A stretch of DNA of 64,000 nucleotides, from positions 23,456 to 87,455 of the forward strand of contig JAFVRQ010000051.1 in NCBI GenBank assembly GCA_017504245.1, read 5' to 3'. Of the stretch, positions 55,801-64,000 are shown one piece after another. Source of the stretch: Clostridia bacterium. Lineage in GTDB: Bacteria > Bacillota > Clostridia > Oscillospirales > CAG-272. The stretch's first letter is position 1. Each line of letters starts with the position of its first letter. A program made the position numbers and the translations under genes. The notes beneath the pieces are model-generated. The model did no database searches. It was not told the origin of the DNA and worked only from the letters and a program-made list of their open reading frames with translations.

Positions 55801-56870
55801 GCTTTGCTGCTAAGCTCACAATCGGTGAGGGCAACGTATTCGACGGTTGTATCGCATATAACAACGCCGATGACGGTTGGGACCTTTATGCTAAGGTTGC
55901 AACGGGCTCTATCGGAAAGGTTGTTATCAAGAACTCCATCGCATACGGAAACGGTTATCTTGAGGACGGCACTATCGCCGGTAACGGTAACGGCTTTAAG
56001 CTTGGCGGCGAATCAATCACTGGTCACCACGAGCTTATCAACTGTATTGCTTTCAACAACAAGCAAAAGGGTATCGACTCTAACTCCTGCCCCGATATTT
56101 ACGTTGAAAACTGCATAGCATTTAATAATGGCTCTTACAATGTGGCATTCTATACGAATACCGCTCCAGCAACTGATTTCACCGGTATTGGTATTATCTC
56201 CTTCAAGGACGGTAATGTATCCGCTACTCACCCCACACTTGAGGATCCCAACGTTGGCGATAACTTAAAGGGTATTGGTAATCAGGATTATTCCAAGTAT
56301 ATCAACAACACCTCTTATTATTGGAACACGGTAAGCTCCTCTAATGACGTTAACAAGCAGTTCACCGCTGATATGTTCGTTTCTCTTGAGTTCACGGGTT
56401 GGACAAGAAATGAGGACGGCTCAATCGACCTTCACGGCTTCCTTGAGCTTAAAGATAATGCTCCCGCAGGCGTTGGTACAACGGGTGAATTTACTAACTT
56501 CAACGTGCTCACACTTGAAGCAGATATAGAGCATACTCTTGAAAAGTGGACGAGTGATGACTATCAGGTTCACTGGCACGAATGTGATTGCGGATTCAGA
56601 GGCGAGGTTGCTCCTCATACCTTTGAAACGGTTATCGACGTTGTTCCCACTCAGACCACACCCGGTCAGAAGCACGAAGAATGCTCAATTTGTGGCTTCA
56701 AGATGCCCAAGCAGGAAATCCCCGCTCTTGGCGGAGGTAACGCAGGCAATAACGGAAACACGAACGTTGGAACTAACGAGCCCGTTCAGCAAGGCGGAAT
56801 TCTCGGCTTCTTCCAGATGATTATTAACGCTATAATCAACTTCTTTAAATCAATTTTTGGTTTAAGATAA
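52881..56870 (+). CDS. Giant secreted multidomain protein with PL9-like right-handed beta-helix pectate lyase domain, Cys-rich module and C-terminal TM anchor
   Basis: Start at MKIKFTKRAL, which follows GGAGGA. Signal peptide. FN3/Ig-like repeats. Beta-helix region ENPYDIYTAVNRVIPGQTIVLMEGTY...YEDADGFAAKL...ADDGWDLY...GNGNGFKLGG. Terminal hydrophobic helix. Confidence 0.75.
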   Translation: MKIKFTKRALSLLLAAFMVLPLMMPLMVAFAEDEETTYVLNASMLPDVAAGSKKDGDTDTGGTDNFFTIHYGAKTRVESNSKTFHDGVSATKRINMQQKTALSATPSAAISFKTEASATVKVWWVCGDAGRNMTIFDGEFNPIYASEVISYASDDKQFTTPLASPNKNALCVSTFMVTEAGKFYLGCLEGSNYIYRVDVITKPLDKGPRADWSTVANPVITSVTTNDIGNLSVNVSGYVDHNGADYLTVNLMKDGKVISTSKTTSVNTEHSVLFSPVTSGEYTVEAILTRKNEEDKKSEVYTCNYKIPLVAPYITNVTNLGGGNTLVVWNAVREAESYLISVNGGEAISQTAREITLENLTIGENTIQITAVSGDRQISADPVTFEVKADAEIGWNYVVYGPSTSETLNTYVENEDGSVTISAGDYSDLDSVSPGGKLQPTGVDGLGFYYTAVPTDKNFTFRVNIHVNSWVLTNGQEGFGIMVTDHVPSADYYSGDFWTNQYQAVSTKIEYRYEVDDEGNYSINTNASGIGTKYTMKLGIGTISKIGIDQSIIDRTALGETGLIVGPNGQLKSVVQSLERSAGFANKEPGQYNVIGNYVGNEPEGTLEDRFVVTDLILEIQKNNTGYFITYYDQNGNVVRQIKNYEHDALEKFDSEYVYVGMFAARSTNVTFSDYSLTVIDEEDDKPAEERPTEYINPILTVTSTNAISSTTYEFVADTNLDGWIQIKIGNKVLVDELPIKKYERLTKVYDLTEYVKLGENNLQVKFTPDRDQELEPYTEIKPGVNAVYHEDILTFFKGSYHTKTIYVSPTGVYNGNGTRENPYDIYTAVNRVIPGQTIVLMEGTYTLKTGLRIQRGMNGTEEAPIRMIADPEATTRPVLDFVHEGTGITHGGNWWHFYGFDVTNTLDSYKGFQVSGSNNIVENVHTYRNGNTGLQISRYHTADLYKEQWPANNLILNCVSYGNADKGYEDADGFAAKLTIGEGNVFDGCIAYNNADDGWDLYAKVATGSIGKVVIKNSIAYGNGYLEDGTIAGNGNGFKLGGESITGHHELINCIAFNNKQKGIDSNSCPDIYVENCIAFNNGSYNVAFYTNTAPATDFTGIGIISFKDGNVSATHPTLEDPNVGDNLKGIGNQDYSKYINNTSYYWNTVSSSNDVNKQFTADMFVSLEFTGWTRNEDGSIDLHGFLELKDNAPAGVGTTGEFTNFNVLTLEADIEHTLEKWTSDDYQVHWHECDCGFRGEVAPHTFETVIDVVPTQTTPGQKHEECSICGFKMPKQEIPALGGGNAGNNGNTNVGTNEPVQQGGILGFFQMIINAIINFFKSIFGLR

Positions 56871-56882
56871 TTTACAACATTT

Positions 56883-56912
56883 CATCCCCCGATTTTTTCG
56901 GGGGATGTTTTT
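56883..56912 (+). terminator. Rho-independent terminator
   Basis: CATCCCCCGA-TTTTT-TCGGGGGATG followed by TTTTTG. Confidence 0.8.
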
Positions 56913-56945
56913 GTGATTACGTTCTAAATTAATTAGTGGATAAAT

Positions 56946-57098
56946 GTTAGTTTAAATTAGGATTTTTTCGTTCTTTTTGAAAAAAGAACCAATAATTCGT
57001 TTGCGAATTATCGAAAATTTACGTCAAATCTGAACACACCAAGCAATTAAAAGCTTTGCGGAGCTTTTTTAAAAGCGACCCTTTTTTACTCAACTAAC
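56946..57098. repeat. Intergenic repeat element, short copy (153 bp), inverted relative to 19101-19450
   Basis: Shares the 38-nt and 46-nt blocks (36/38 and 44/46) and the GTTAGTT/AACTAAC ends with the long copy. Only 15 nt lie between the blocks. Confidence 0.7.
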
Positions 57099-57102
57099 CA
57101 CT

Positions 57103-57134
57103 TAAAAAAAGGACACCCAGAAGACGAGGTGTCC
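57103..57134 (-). terminator. Rho-independent terminator of kduD
   Basis: Minus strand reads GGACACC-TCGTCTTCTG-GGTGTCC followed by TTTTTTT. Confidence 0.75.
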
Positions 57135-57151
57135 ATAATTTTTATGATTTA

Positions 57152-57955
57152 TCAAGAGGGTTGCTTACCGAAGTATGCCTGAATACCGCCGTCAACGTAG
57201 AGGATTTGTCCGTTTACGAAGTCGGAGGCGCTTGAAGCGAGGAAAACTGCAGGGCCTGCGAGGTCCTCGGGGTCGCCCCAACGACCTGCGGGAGTTTTTG
57301 TATCGGTAATAAAGCTATCGAATGGGTGCTTACTGCCGTCTGCCTGTGGCTCACGGAGGGGCGCAGTTTGAGGAGTTGCGATATAGCCGGGGCCGATACC
57401 GTTGCACTGAATATTATACTGACCGTATTCGGAAGCAATATTTCTTGTGAGCATTTTAAGACCGCCCTTTGCGGATGCGTAAGCGGAAACCGTTTCACGT
57501 CCGAATTCACTCATCATTGAGCAGATGTTAATAATCTTACCACTTCTCTGCTTAATCATTGAAGGAAGAACTGCCTTTGAAACGATAAAGGGTGCGTTAA
57601 GGTCAACGTCAATTACCTGACGGAACTCACTTGCCTTCATTTCGATCATAGGAATTCTCTTAATAATGCCTGCATTGTTAACGAGAATATCGATAACGCC
57701 TACCTCTTTTTCAATCTGCGCTACCATAGCATTAACCGCATCTTCATCGGTAACGTCGCAAACGTAGCCCTCTGCCTCAATGCCGTCTGCAGCATAGGAA
57801 GCAAGACCACGATCAACAAATTCCTGCTTAATATCGTTGAAAACAATCTTTGCGCCTGCCGCGTGGAGTCCCTTTGCAATAGCATATCCGATACCGTAGG
57901 ATGCGCCCGTTATGAGAGCAACCTTGCCTTCAAGTGAAAAATTCTGAATACTCAT
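57152..57955 (-). CDS. kduD: 2-dehydro-3-deoxy-D-gluconate 5-dehydrogenase / gluconate 5-dehydrogenase-type SDR
   Basis: TGASYGIG cofactor motif and YxxxK (YASAKGG). Lies immediately downstream of kduI. Confidence 0.8.
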   Translation of the reverse strand: MSIQNFSLEGKVALITGASYGIGYAIAKGLHAAGAKIVFNDIKQEFVDRGLASYAADGIEAEGYVCDVTDEDAVNAMVAQIEKEVGVIDILVNNAGIIKRIPMIEMKASEFRQVIDVDLNAPFIVSKAVLPSMIKQRSGKIINICSMMSEFGRETVSAYASAKGGLKMLTRNIASEYGQYNIQCNGIGPGYIATPQTAPLREPQADGSKHPFDSFITDTKTPAGRWGDPEDLAGPAVFLASSASDFVNGQILYVDGGIQAYFGKQPS

Positions 57956-57970
57956 TTTCTTTTCTCCTTT

Positions 57971-58801
57971 TTATCTAAGATCCTTTGTCAAAATGTGGTC
58001 CATATCTGTAAATTCCTGATTTTCACCGCACATAGCCCAAATGAACGAATAGTTCTTCGTTCCAACACCGCTATGAATTGACCAAGAGGGTGAAATAACT
58101 GCCTCTTCGTTGTGCATAATGATATGTCTCGTTTCATTTGGCTCGCCCATCATATGAAATACCGCATCGTTTTCATCCATATCAAGATAGAAGTAAACCT
58201 CCATTCTTCTGGCATGGGTATGTGAGGGCATCGTGTTCCAGTTTGAGCCGACCTCAAGCTGCGTAAGTCCCATTGAAAGTTGGCAGGACTGCATTACCTC
58301 GGGGTGAATATACTGATTGATTACACGCTTATTGCAATCCTCAAGTGAGCCGCAGGGTACTTTTCTTGCCTTTGTGATGTCAATTTTTCTGATAGGATAC
58401 TCCGTGTGCGCGGGGCAGCTCGTTGCATAGAATTTTGCAGGACAAGAGGGGTCAACAGAGCGGAAAACGATGTCCTTATGACCTCGTCCTACGTAAATAC
58501 CGTCGCGAGGATTCATTTCGTAAACCTCACCGTCGATAACGATTTCGCCCTTGCCGCCGATATTGATACAGCCAAGCTCTCTGCGTTGAAGGAAATAGTC
58601 AGCCGCAAGCTCCTTGCCTGCTTCAAGTGACAATTCATTGTCAACGGGGTAAATGCCGAGGACGATAATTCTATCGATATGGCTATAAACCATCTTCACG
58701 TTATCCTTTATGAAGAGGCCTGAAATGTGGAATTCCTCTCTAAGTCTGTCGGTAGTATAATATTTCACGTCCTTTGCATTAGCAGCATCTCTGACTTCCA
58801 T
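57971..58801 (-). CDS. kduI: 5-dehydro-4-deoxy-D-glucuronate isomerase
   Basis: Bicupin with HTHARRMEVYFY metal-site block. KduI-like N-terminus (YYTTDRLREEF) and length. Confidence 0.9.
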   Translation of the reverse strand: MEVRDAANAKDVKYYTTDRLREEFHISGLFIKDNVKMVYSHIDRIIVLGIYPVDNELSLEAGKELAADYFLQRRELGCINIGGKGEIVIDGEVYEMNPRDGIYVGRGHKDIVFRSVDPSCPAKFYATSCPAHTEYPIRKIDITKARKVPCGSLEDCNKRVINQYIHPEVMQSCQLSMGLTQLEVGSNWNTMPSHTHARRMEVYFYLDMDENDAVFHMMGEPNETRHIIMHNEEAVISPSWSIHSGVGTKNYSFIWAMCGENQEFTDMDHILTKDLR

Positions 58802-59034
58802 AATAAATCTCCTTTTAATTACAAAAATTTCTTCATACTAAAGATACCATATTTTATAGAATAAATCAAGAGGTTTTGCGAATTTATTACTATTTTGTGT
58901 ATATTATACAAATACACTTCATCAAGGAAAATTGATAAAATATTTTCAAAAAACTATGGAATTTTTCTGCGTTTTGTGATATAATGACTATAATTAGGTT
59001 AATTATGCCCATTTAATAAAAATAGGAGGGCTTT

Positions 59035-61443
59035 ATGGCTCATTATATAGAAAAAATAGAAAAATCAACGCTTCCGTTAATCGTGCTGAACGGCACTGTG
59101 GCATTCCCTGCCATAACCGTTAATTTCGAGCTTTCGGACAAGGCGAATATTGCAGCTATTGACGCAGCAAACAACGTTAATTCATTTATCTTTATCGTTT
59201 CAAAAAAGCAAATTTCAAACGATCCTATCGACTATTCAAACGTTTTCAATATTGGTACGGTTGCTAAAATCAAGCAATCTATTAAAACACCTGAGGGTAA
59301 GCTCCGCGTTATAGCTGAGGGTATTGCGCGCGGTGTGGTTGAGGAATTCAGAGATTTTGCTAACTACAGAATTGCAAGTGTTATTTGCAAAACACTCACC
59401 TTAGAGGATATTGACACAATTAGAGTTGAGGCACTCTCACGCGAGGTGCTTACCGCTGTTGAAAAAATGGCAGGATTTTTGCCCGCTTCCTCAAAAGAGG
59501 TAATTTCAACTATCAAAACCATCAAAAGCCCCGGTGCTCTTGCGGATTTTATCGCTTCAAATATTCTTGTTAGACATACCGACAAGCAGGATATACTTGC
59601 CTGCTTTGACCCGATTGCAAGACTTCAAAAATTGATTTTTCTCCTTGAAGAAGAAACAACGCTTCTTGAATGCGAAAGCGCAATTCACAAGGAAGTTCGT
59701 GCGCGCTTGAATAGAAATCAAAAGGAATTCTATCTTCGCGAGCAGCTTCGCGTTATCAAGGAGGAGCTTGGCGACGTGGGTGAAAGCGACGAGTTTTTTG
59801 AGCGCATATTCGATATGCACTTCCCAAAAGAAATTGAAGAAAAGCTCTTAAAGGATTGCGAAAGAATGTCTCGTCTTCCCTTTGGCTCTGCCGAGCTTTC
59901 AGTTATGAGAACCTATTTCGACACCGTGCTTGACATTCCGTGGAATAAATCAACGAAGGATACCTCGGATATTGCCGCCGCTTCAAAAATTCTTGAGCGC
60001 GACCACGATGGGCTTGAGGAGGTTAAGAAAAGAATTCTTGAATTCCTTGCGGTTAAAGAGTTAAATCCCAACCTCAAAAATCAGATTATTTGTCTTGTTG
60101 GCCCTCCCGGTGTTGGTAAGACCTCTATCGCTACGTCTATTGCAACTGCTATGAAGCGCAAATACGTTCGCGTTTCCCTTGGCGGCGTTAGAGATGAAGC
60201 AGACATCCGCGGTCACAGAAAAACTTACGTTGGTGCAATGCCCGGTAGAGTAATTAATGCGCTTATTCAGGCAAAGGTGAACAATCCTCTCGTGCTTCTT
60301 GACGAGATTGATAAATTGACAAGTGATGCCCACGGTGACCCAACGTCCGCACTTCTTGAGGTGCTTGACAGTGAGCAGAACAAGGCATTCCGCGACCACT
60401 TCGTTGAACTTCCCTTCGACCTTTCAAATTGCTTCTTTATTGCAACTGCCAATACTCTTGACACAATTCCCCGTCCGCTTATCGACAGAATGGAAATCAT
60501 TGAAATAAAGACCTATACTAAGCGCGAGAAGATGAGCATTGCGAAAAATCATCTTATCACAAAACAGCTTAAACGCCACGGACTCAACAAGAGAACGCTC
60601 AAAATTTCGGACTCCGCTATTGAGGAGATTATCGATTTCTATACTCGCGAGGCGGGTGTTCGTAATCTTGAAAGAACGTTGGCTTCTCTTTGCAGAAAGG
60701 CGGCTCACGAAATCGTGTCGAGCGGCGCAAAATCCGTGAAGATTGATGCTTCTAACATTTCTAAATATCTCGGCGAGAGAAAGCTTCTTCCCGAAAGAAT
60801 TGAGGAATTTGACGAAATAGGCACGGTGAACGGTCTTGCCTACACTGAGCTTGGCGGCGATATGCTCAAAATTGAAGTGGCTTCTCTTGAGGGTACGGGC
60901 AAGGTTGAGCTTACGGGCTCGCTTGGTGAGGTTATGAAGGAGAGCGCGCAAATTGCCATCAGCTATGTGCGTTCGATTGCGAGAGAATACGGAATTCCCG
61001 TGGATTTCTATAAAACACGCGATATACATATCCACGCGCCCGAGGGTGCAGTTCCAAAAGATGGACCAAGTGCAGGCGTTACTATGGTAACGGCGCTTGT
61101 GAGCGAGCTTGCGAAAATTCCCGTTCGTCGCGACGTTGCTATGACGGGTGAGATTACACTTCGAGGCAAGGTTCTCGCCATTGGCGGACTTAAAGAAAAG
61201 ACGATGGCGGCATATAATGCGGGGGTTAAAACCGTGCTTATTCCACACGATAATCTCAAGGATCTTACCGATATTGACCCATTGGCACGTGATAATCTTG
61301 AGTTCATTCCTTGCAAAACACTCCGCGACGTGCTTGATAATGCGCTCGTTTCACATAATACCTTATCGGCTTTTGACGAGGCGCTCCCCCACTTTGCAAA
61401 CGCAGAGCAAAATATAAATAGCACCTCTATTTACAGAAAGTAG
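59035..61443 (+). CDS. lon: ATP-dependent Lon protease (LonA)
   Basis: LON N-domain, Walker A GPPGVGKTS, and protease motif DGPSAGVTM with a downstream catalytic Lys region. Confidence 0.95.
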   Translation: MAHYIEKIEKSTLPLIVLNGTVAFPAITVNFELSDKANIAAIDAANNVNSFIFIVSKKQISNDPIDYSNVFNIGTVAKIKQSIKTPEGKLRVIAEGIARGVVEEFRDFANYRIASVICKTLTLEDIDTIRVEALSREVLTAVEKMAGFLPASSKEVISTIKTIKSPGALADFIASNILVRHTDKQDILACFDPIARLQKLIFLLEEETTLLECESAIHKEVRARLNRNQKEFYLREQLRVIKEELGDVGESDEFFERIFDMHFPKEIEEKLLKDCERMSRLPFGSAELSVMRTYFDTVLDIPWNKSTKDTSDIAAASKILERDHDGLEEVKKRILEFLAVKELNPNLKNQIICLVGPPGVGKTSIATSIATAMKRKYVRVSLGGVRDEADIRGHRKTYVGAMPGRVINALIQAKVNNPLVLLDEIDKLTSDAHGDPTSALLEVLDSEQNKAFRDHFVELPFDLSNCFFIATANTLDTIPRPLIDRMEIIEIKTYTKREKMSIAKNHLITKQLKRHGLNKRTLKISDSAIEEIIDFYTREAGVRNLERTLASLCRKAAHEIVSSGAKSVKIDASNISKYLGERKLLPERIEEFDEIGTVNGLAYTELGGDMLKIEVASLEGTGKVELTGSLGEVMKESAQIAISYVRSIAREYGIPVDFYKTRDIHIHAPEGAVPKDGPSAGVTMVTALVSELAKIPVRRDVAMTGEITLRGKVLAIGGLKEKTMAAYNAGVKTVLIPHDNLKDLTDIDPLARDNLEFIPCKTLRDVLDNALVSHNTLSAFDEALPHFANAEQNINSTSIYRK

Positions 61444-61449
61444 GATTTT

Positions 61450-62052
61450 ATGGCAGTTAATATTCAAAATACCACTCTCCACATAAGTGCCGGACTTGCA
61501 AAGCAATTTCCAACCGACCCTATAAAGCAGGTTGCCTTTTCGGGTCGCTCAAACGTTGGAAAAAGCTCTCTTATAAACACTATCCTCGGCAGAAAATCCC
61601 TTGCGCGAGTTTCGTCAATGCCGGGTAAAACGATAACCATCAACTTCTATGACGTTGACAAAAAGCTATTTTTGGTTGACCTTCCCGGCTACGGATACGC
61701 GAAGCGCAATCTTGAAAGCAAGCAGGTTTGGTCGGGGCTTACCGACGGTTATTTCACACAAAATAAAAATATCGACCTTCTCTCCCTTGTCGTTCAGCTT
61801 GTTGACTGCAAGGTCGGAATTACAGATGATGACGCAATGATGATTGATTTTCTGAATCAAATGGAAATCCCCTATATCATCGTTGCAACAAAGGTTGATA
61901 AGCTCAATAAAACTGACAGAATGGCTCAGCTTGAAAAAATCTCTAATGACGAGGTATTGGCTGAGGGCACTCTCGTTATTCCCTTTTCTTCTCACACTAA
62001 GGAAGGAAAAAATGAACTTTTAAAGGAAATATTTAAATACACGAATTTATAA
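61450..62052 (+). CDS. engB: Ribosome biogenesis GTP-binding protein YsxC/EngB
   Basis: GRSNVGKSSLIN (G1), DLPGYGYA (G3), TKVDK (G4). Classic position downstream of lon. Confidence 0.9.
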   Translation: MAVNIQNTTLHISAGLAKQFPTDPIKQVAFSGRSNVGKSSLINTILGRKSLARVSSMPGKTITINFYDVDKKLFLVDLPGYGYAKRNLESKQVWSGLTDGYFTQNKNIDLLSLVVQLVDCKVGITDDDAMMIDFLNQMEIPYIIVATKVDKLNKTDRMAQLEKISNDEVLAEGTLVIPFSSHTKEGKNELLKEIFKYTNL

Positions 62053-62062
62053 GGAGGTTACT

Positions 62063-62830
62063 ATGTCGGACTTCTTAAACAATTTACCGATAATGCTTCT
62101 TTTGCTTCCCTCGGTTTTATTTTCGCTCTCGGTTCACGAGGCGTCGCACGGCTTCGTTGCATATAAGCTCGGTGATCCAACAGCAAGAAATCTTGGAAGA
62201 TTAACGCTTAATCCACTAAAGCACATAAATCTTTTCGGATTTATTTCAATGCTTCTATTTAAGGTGGGTTGGGCTAATCCCGTGCCCATCAATACAAGGC
62301 ATTTTAAGAATCCAAGACGCGATATGGCAATAAGCGCTGCGGCGGGTCCTGTTTCAAACCTCTGCCTTGCGGTGATTTTTACCGTTCTTTTGAGGATTAC
62401 GCTCCTTGCCATCAATTCAATTTCCGAGGGCGCGCTGACCATAATCGGCAACTATTATTGGATTGATGAGTCACTCAGTAAAAACGCGCTTTTTATCGTT
62501 CTTTCGCTCATTTCTGTGATGCTCTATCTTGGAATATCACTCAATATCAATCTTATGTTCTTCAATCTCATTCCCCTTCCACCACTCGACGGCTCAAGAA
62601 TCGCATATATCTTCCTGCCCACCGATAAATACTTTAAAATTATGCAGTATGAAAGATATATAATGATTGCGTTTATCGTTATCTTCGCAACGGGAATTCT
62701 TGACAGACCGCTTTTATTCTTGAATGACGGAATGACTGATATTCTTTATTCACTAACGGGAATGCCTGATGATCTTCTTGGTGTTGTTTTAAACGAAATT
62801 CTCAGTAAATTGCCTAAGTTCACTTTATAA
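62063..62830 (+). CDS. Site-2 protease family (M50) membrane metalloprotease
   Basis: HEASHGF zinc motif and FNLIPLPPLDG second motif. Multi-TM. Confidence 0.8.
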   Translation: MSDFLNNLPIMLLLLPSVLFSLSVHEASHGFVAYKLGDPTARNLGRLTLNPLKHINLFGFISMLLFKVGWANPVPINTRHFKNPRRDMAISAAAGPVSNLCLAVIFTVLLRITLLAINSISEGALTIIGNYYWIDESLSKNALFIVLSLISVMLYLGISLNINLMFFNLIPLPPLDGSRIAYIFLPTDKYFKIMQYERYIMIAFIVIFATGILDRPLLFLNDGMTDILYSLTGMPDDLLGVVLNEILSKLPKFTL

Positions 62831-62854
62831 TTCACTATTTGGGGAGTTTTCTTA

Positions 62855-63637
62855 ATGGAAAGCATTACTTACCGTCTTGATCAATTTGAAGGCCCGCTTG
62901 ACCTTCTTTTGACTCTTATTCATAAAAATAAAGTTAATATTGAGGATATTCCTATTGCCCTTATTTGCGACCAATATATGCAATATATTCGAGATGCGCA
63001 AGAGATGGATATGGAAATTGCCTCCGAATTCATCGTTATGGCAAGCGATCTTATGCTCATTAAGAGTAAGCTCCTGCTTCCCCGCGAAAAGGAGGACGAG
63101 GAGGACCCGAGAAAGCAGCTTGCAGACGCCCTTTTGCGTTATCAGCAAGCAAAGGAGGCGGCATCTAAAATGCACCCCCTTTATGCGATTTTTTCGGGAC
63201 GTCAGATTAAGGACACGGACGAAATCTCCGTTGACCGCACCTTCGTTGCTGATCAGGATGCCGAAAAGCTATTTATTGCGATGAAGCGAATTGTCGACTT
63301 CAACGATGCGCTGGAGCACGCGCAGAAAAATGCGTTCACTCCGATGATATCAAAGCCCATAGTTCCCGTTGAGCATAAAATTTTGCAGATTATGACGCGC
63401 CTTACCACGAACCGCTATCAAACGCTTGAGGATTTTGTGAGCGACAGTGTTTCACTACCCGATATGATTGCTATCTTTATCGGTGTGCTTGAGCTTGTTA
63501 AAACGAAAAGGATTCTGCTCGTTGAAAACGACGAGGATATTAGCGATAATTACGGCCTTAATTCCGTATTCACACTCAATGAGAATTACGTTCCCGAGGA
63601 AGAAAACGAAGAGAGCGAGGATAATAACAATGGATGA
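62855..63637 (+). CDS. scpA: Segregation and condensation protein A
   Basis: LDQFEGPLDLLLTLIHKNKVNIEDIPIALICDQY is the canonical ScpA N-terminus. Confidence 0.9.
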   Translation: MESITYRLDQFEGPLDLLLTLIHKNKVNIEDIPIALICDQYMQYIRDAQEMDMEIASEFIVMASDLMLIKSKLLLPREKEDEEDPRKQLADALLRYQQAKEAASKMHPLYAIFSGRQIKDTDEISVDRTFVADQDAEKLFIAMKRIVDFNDALEHAQKNAFTPMISKPIVPVEHKILQIMTRLTTNRYQTLEDFVSDSVSLPDMIAIFIGVLELVKTKRILLVENDEDISDNYGLNSVFTLNENYVPEEENEESEDNNNG

Positions 63638-64000
63638 AATCAAGGATATAGATACTAAAGAAATAAAAAATCCCAAAGCCGTTATCGAGGCGATAATGTT
63701 CGCTGCGGGCTATCCTATGAAATATGAAAAGCTTGCTGAAACGCTCGGATTGACTCCAAGTGAGATTAAGCGTTACGTTAGTGAGCTTTCGGAAAAATAC
63801 AATAGCGACGATTTTGGAATTATGATTTTGATGTTTCCCGAAACCTGTCAATTTTGCACGAAGGAAGCGCATTTGCCCCTTATCAAGGAGGCACTCGGTA
63901 TCAAGCGCGGCGGAAATCTTTCAAATTCCTCTATGGAGGTTCTTGCCATCGTTGCTTATAATCAGCCCGTTACAAGAAGCTTTGTTGACCTTGTTAGAGG
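63630..64000 (+). CDS. scpB: Segregation and condensation protein B (5' part, runs off the window)
   Basis: ATG at 63630 overlaps the scpA stop. Translation reads MDEIKDID...AVIEAIMFAAGYPM...SSMEVLAIVAYNQPVTRSFVDLVRG, the ScpB winged-helix pattern. Not in the ORF track because it is open-ended. Confidence 0.8.
   Translation, partial: MDEIKDIDTKEIKNPKAVIEAIMFAAGYPMKYEKLAETLGLTPSEIKRYVSELSEKYNSDDFGIMILMFPETCQFCTKEAHLPLIKEALGIKRGGNLSNSSMEVLAIVAYNQPVTRSFVDLVR

Noticed and set aside
60424-61248. 274-aa minus-strand ORF
   Set aside because: Antisense to the lon protease domain, whose motifs are unambiguous. Shadow ORF.
1-64000. CRISPR arrays, tRNA/rRNA genes, transposases, integrases, prophage or classical defence-system genes
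   Set aside because: Both strands and all intergenic regions were scanned. No regularly spaced repeat array, no cloverleaf-like or rRNA sequence, and no recombinase or RT-like ORF was found.

Overview
AT-rich, Firmicutes/Clostridia-like chromosomal window, densely coded and readable almost end to end. No rRNA, tRNA, CRISPR array, transposase or integrase was seen. Layout: (1) 1-10.4 kb holds housekeeping and salvage genes: a TetR-regulated ABC-2 exporter, M32 carboxypeptidase, a barnase-like lipoprotein RNase, xth, tdk, pepT, and an HD protein / acyltransferase / zinc-ribbon membrane trio. (2) 10.4-17 kb is a galactoside block (GH36, GPH symporter, GH2). (3) 17-33 kb holds mixed accessory genes: a DinB-like/Ham1 fusion, flavin reductase, YjbR, a lipid kinase, a surface Endonuclease-I nuclease, a LiaF-like cluster, AlkD, a B12-riboswitch unit and GH3. 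It also holds a monocistronic Tet(M)/EF-G-type GTPase fused to a Rae1/YacP NYN RNase domain. (4) 33.6-58.8 kb is a pectin/galacturonate utilisation island. It encodes an LplABC-type importer, two MsmK ATPases, GH28, GH105, uxaCAB, AraC, an AEC transporter, a giant surface PL9-like lyase and kduID, plus five unrecognisable small membrane proteins. (5) 59-64 kb holds lon, engB, an M50 protease, scpA and scpB. Best leads: the GTPase-NYN fusion; the four small membrane proteins wrapped around an extra MalK-type ATPase; a two-copy inverted intergenic element (one copy has a 200-nt structured insert downstream of a promoter); and a Cys-rich module plus C-terminal TM anchor shared by two surface enzymes. 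All family assignments come from motif and alignment recognition by eye. No searches were run.
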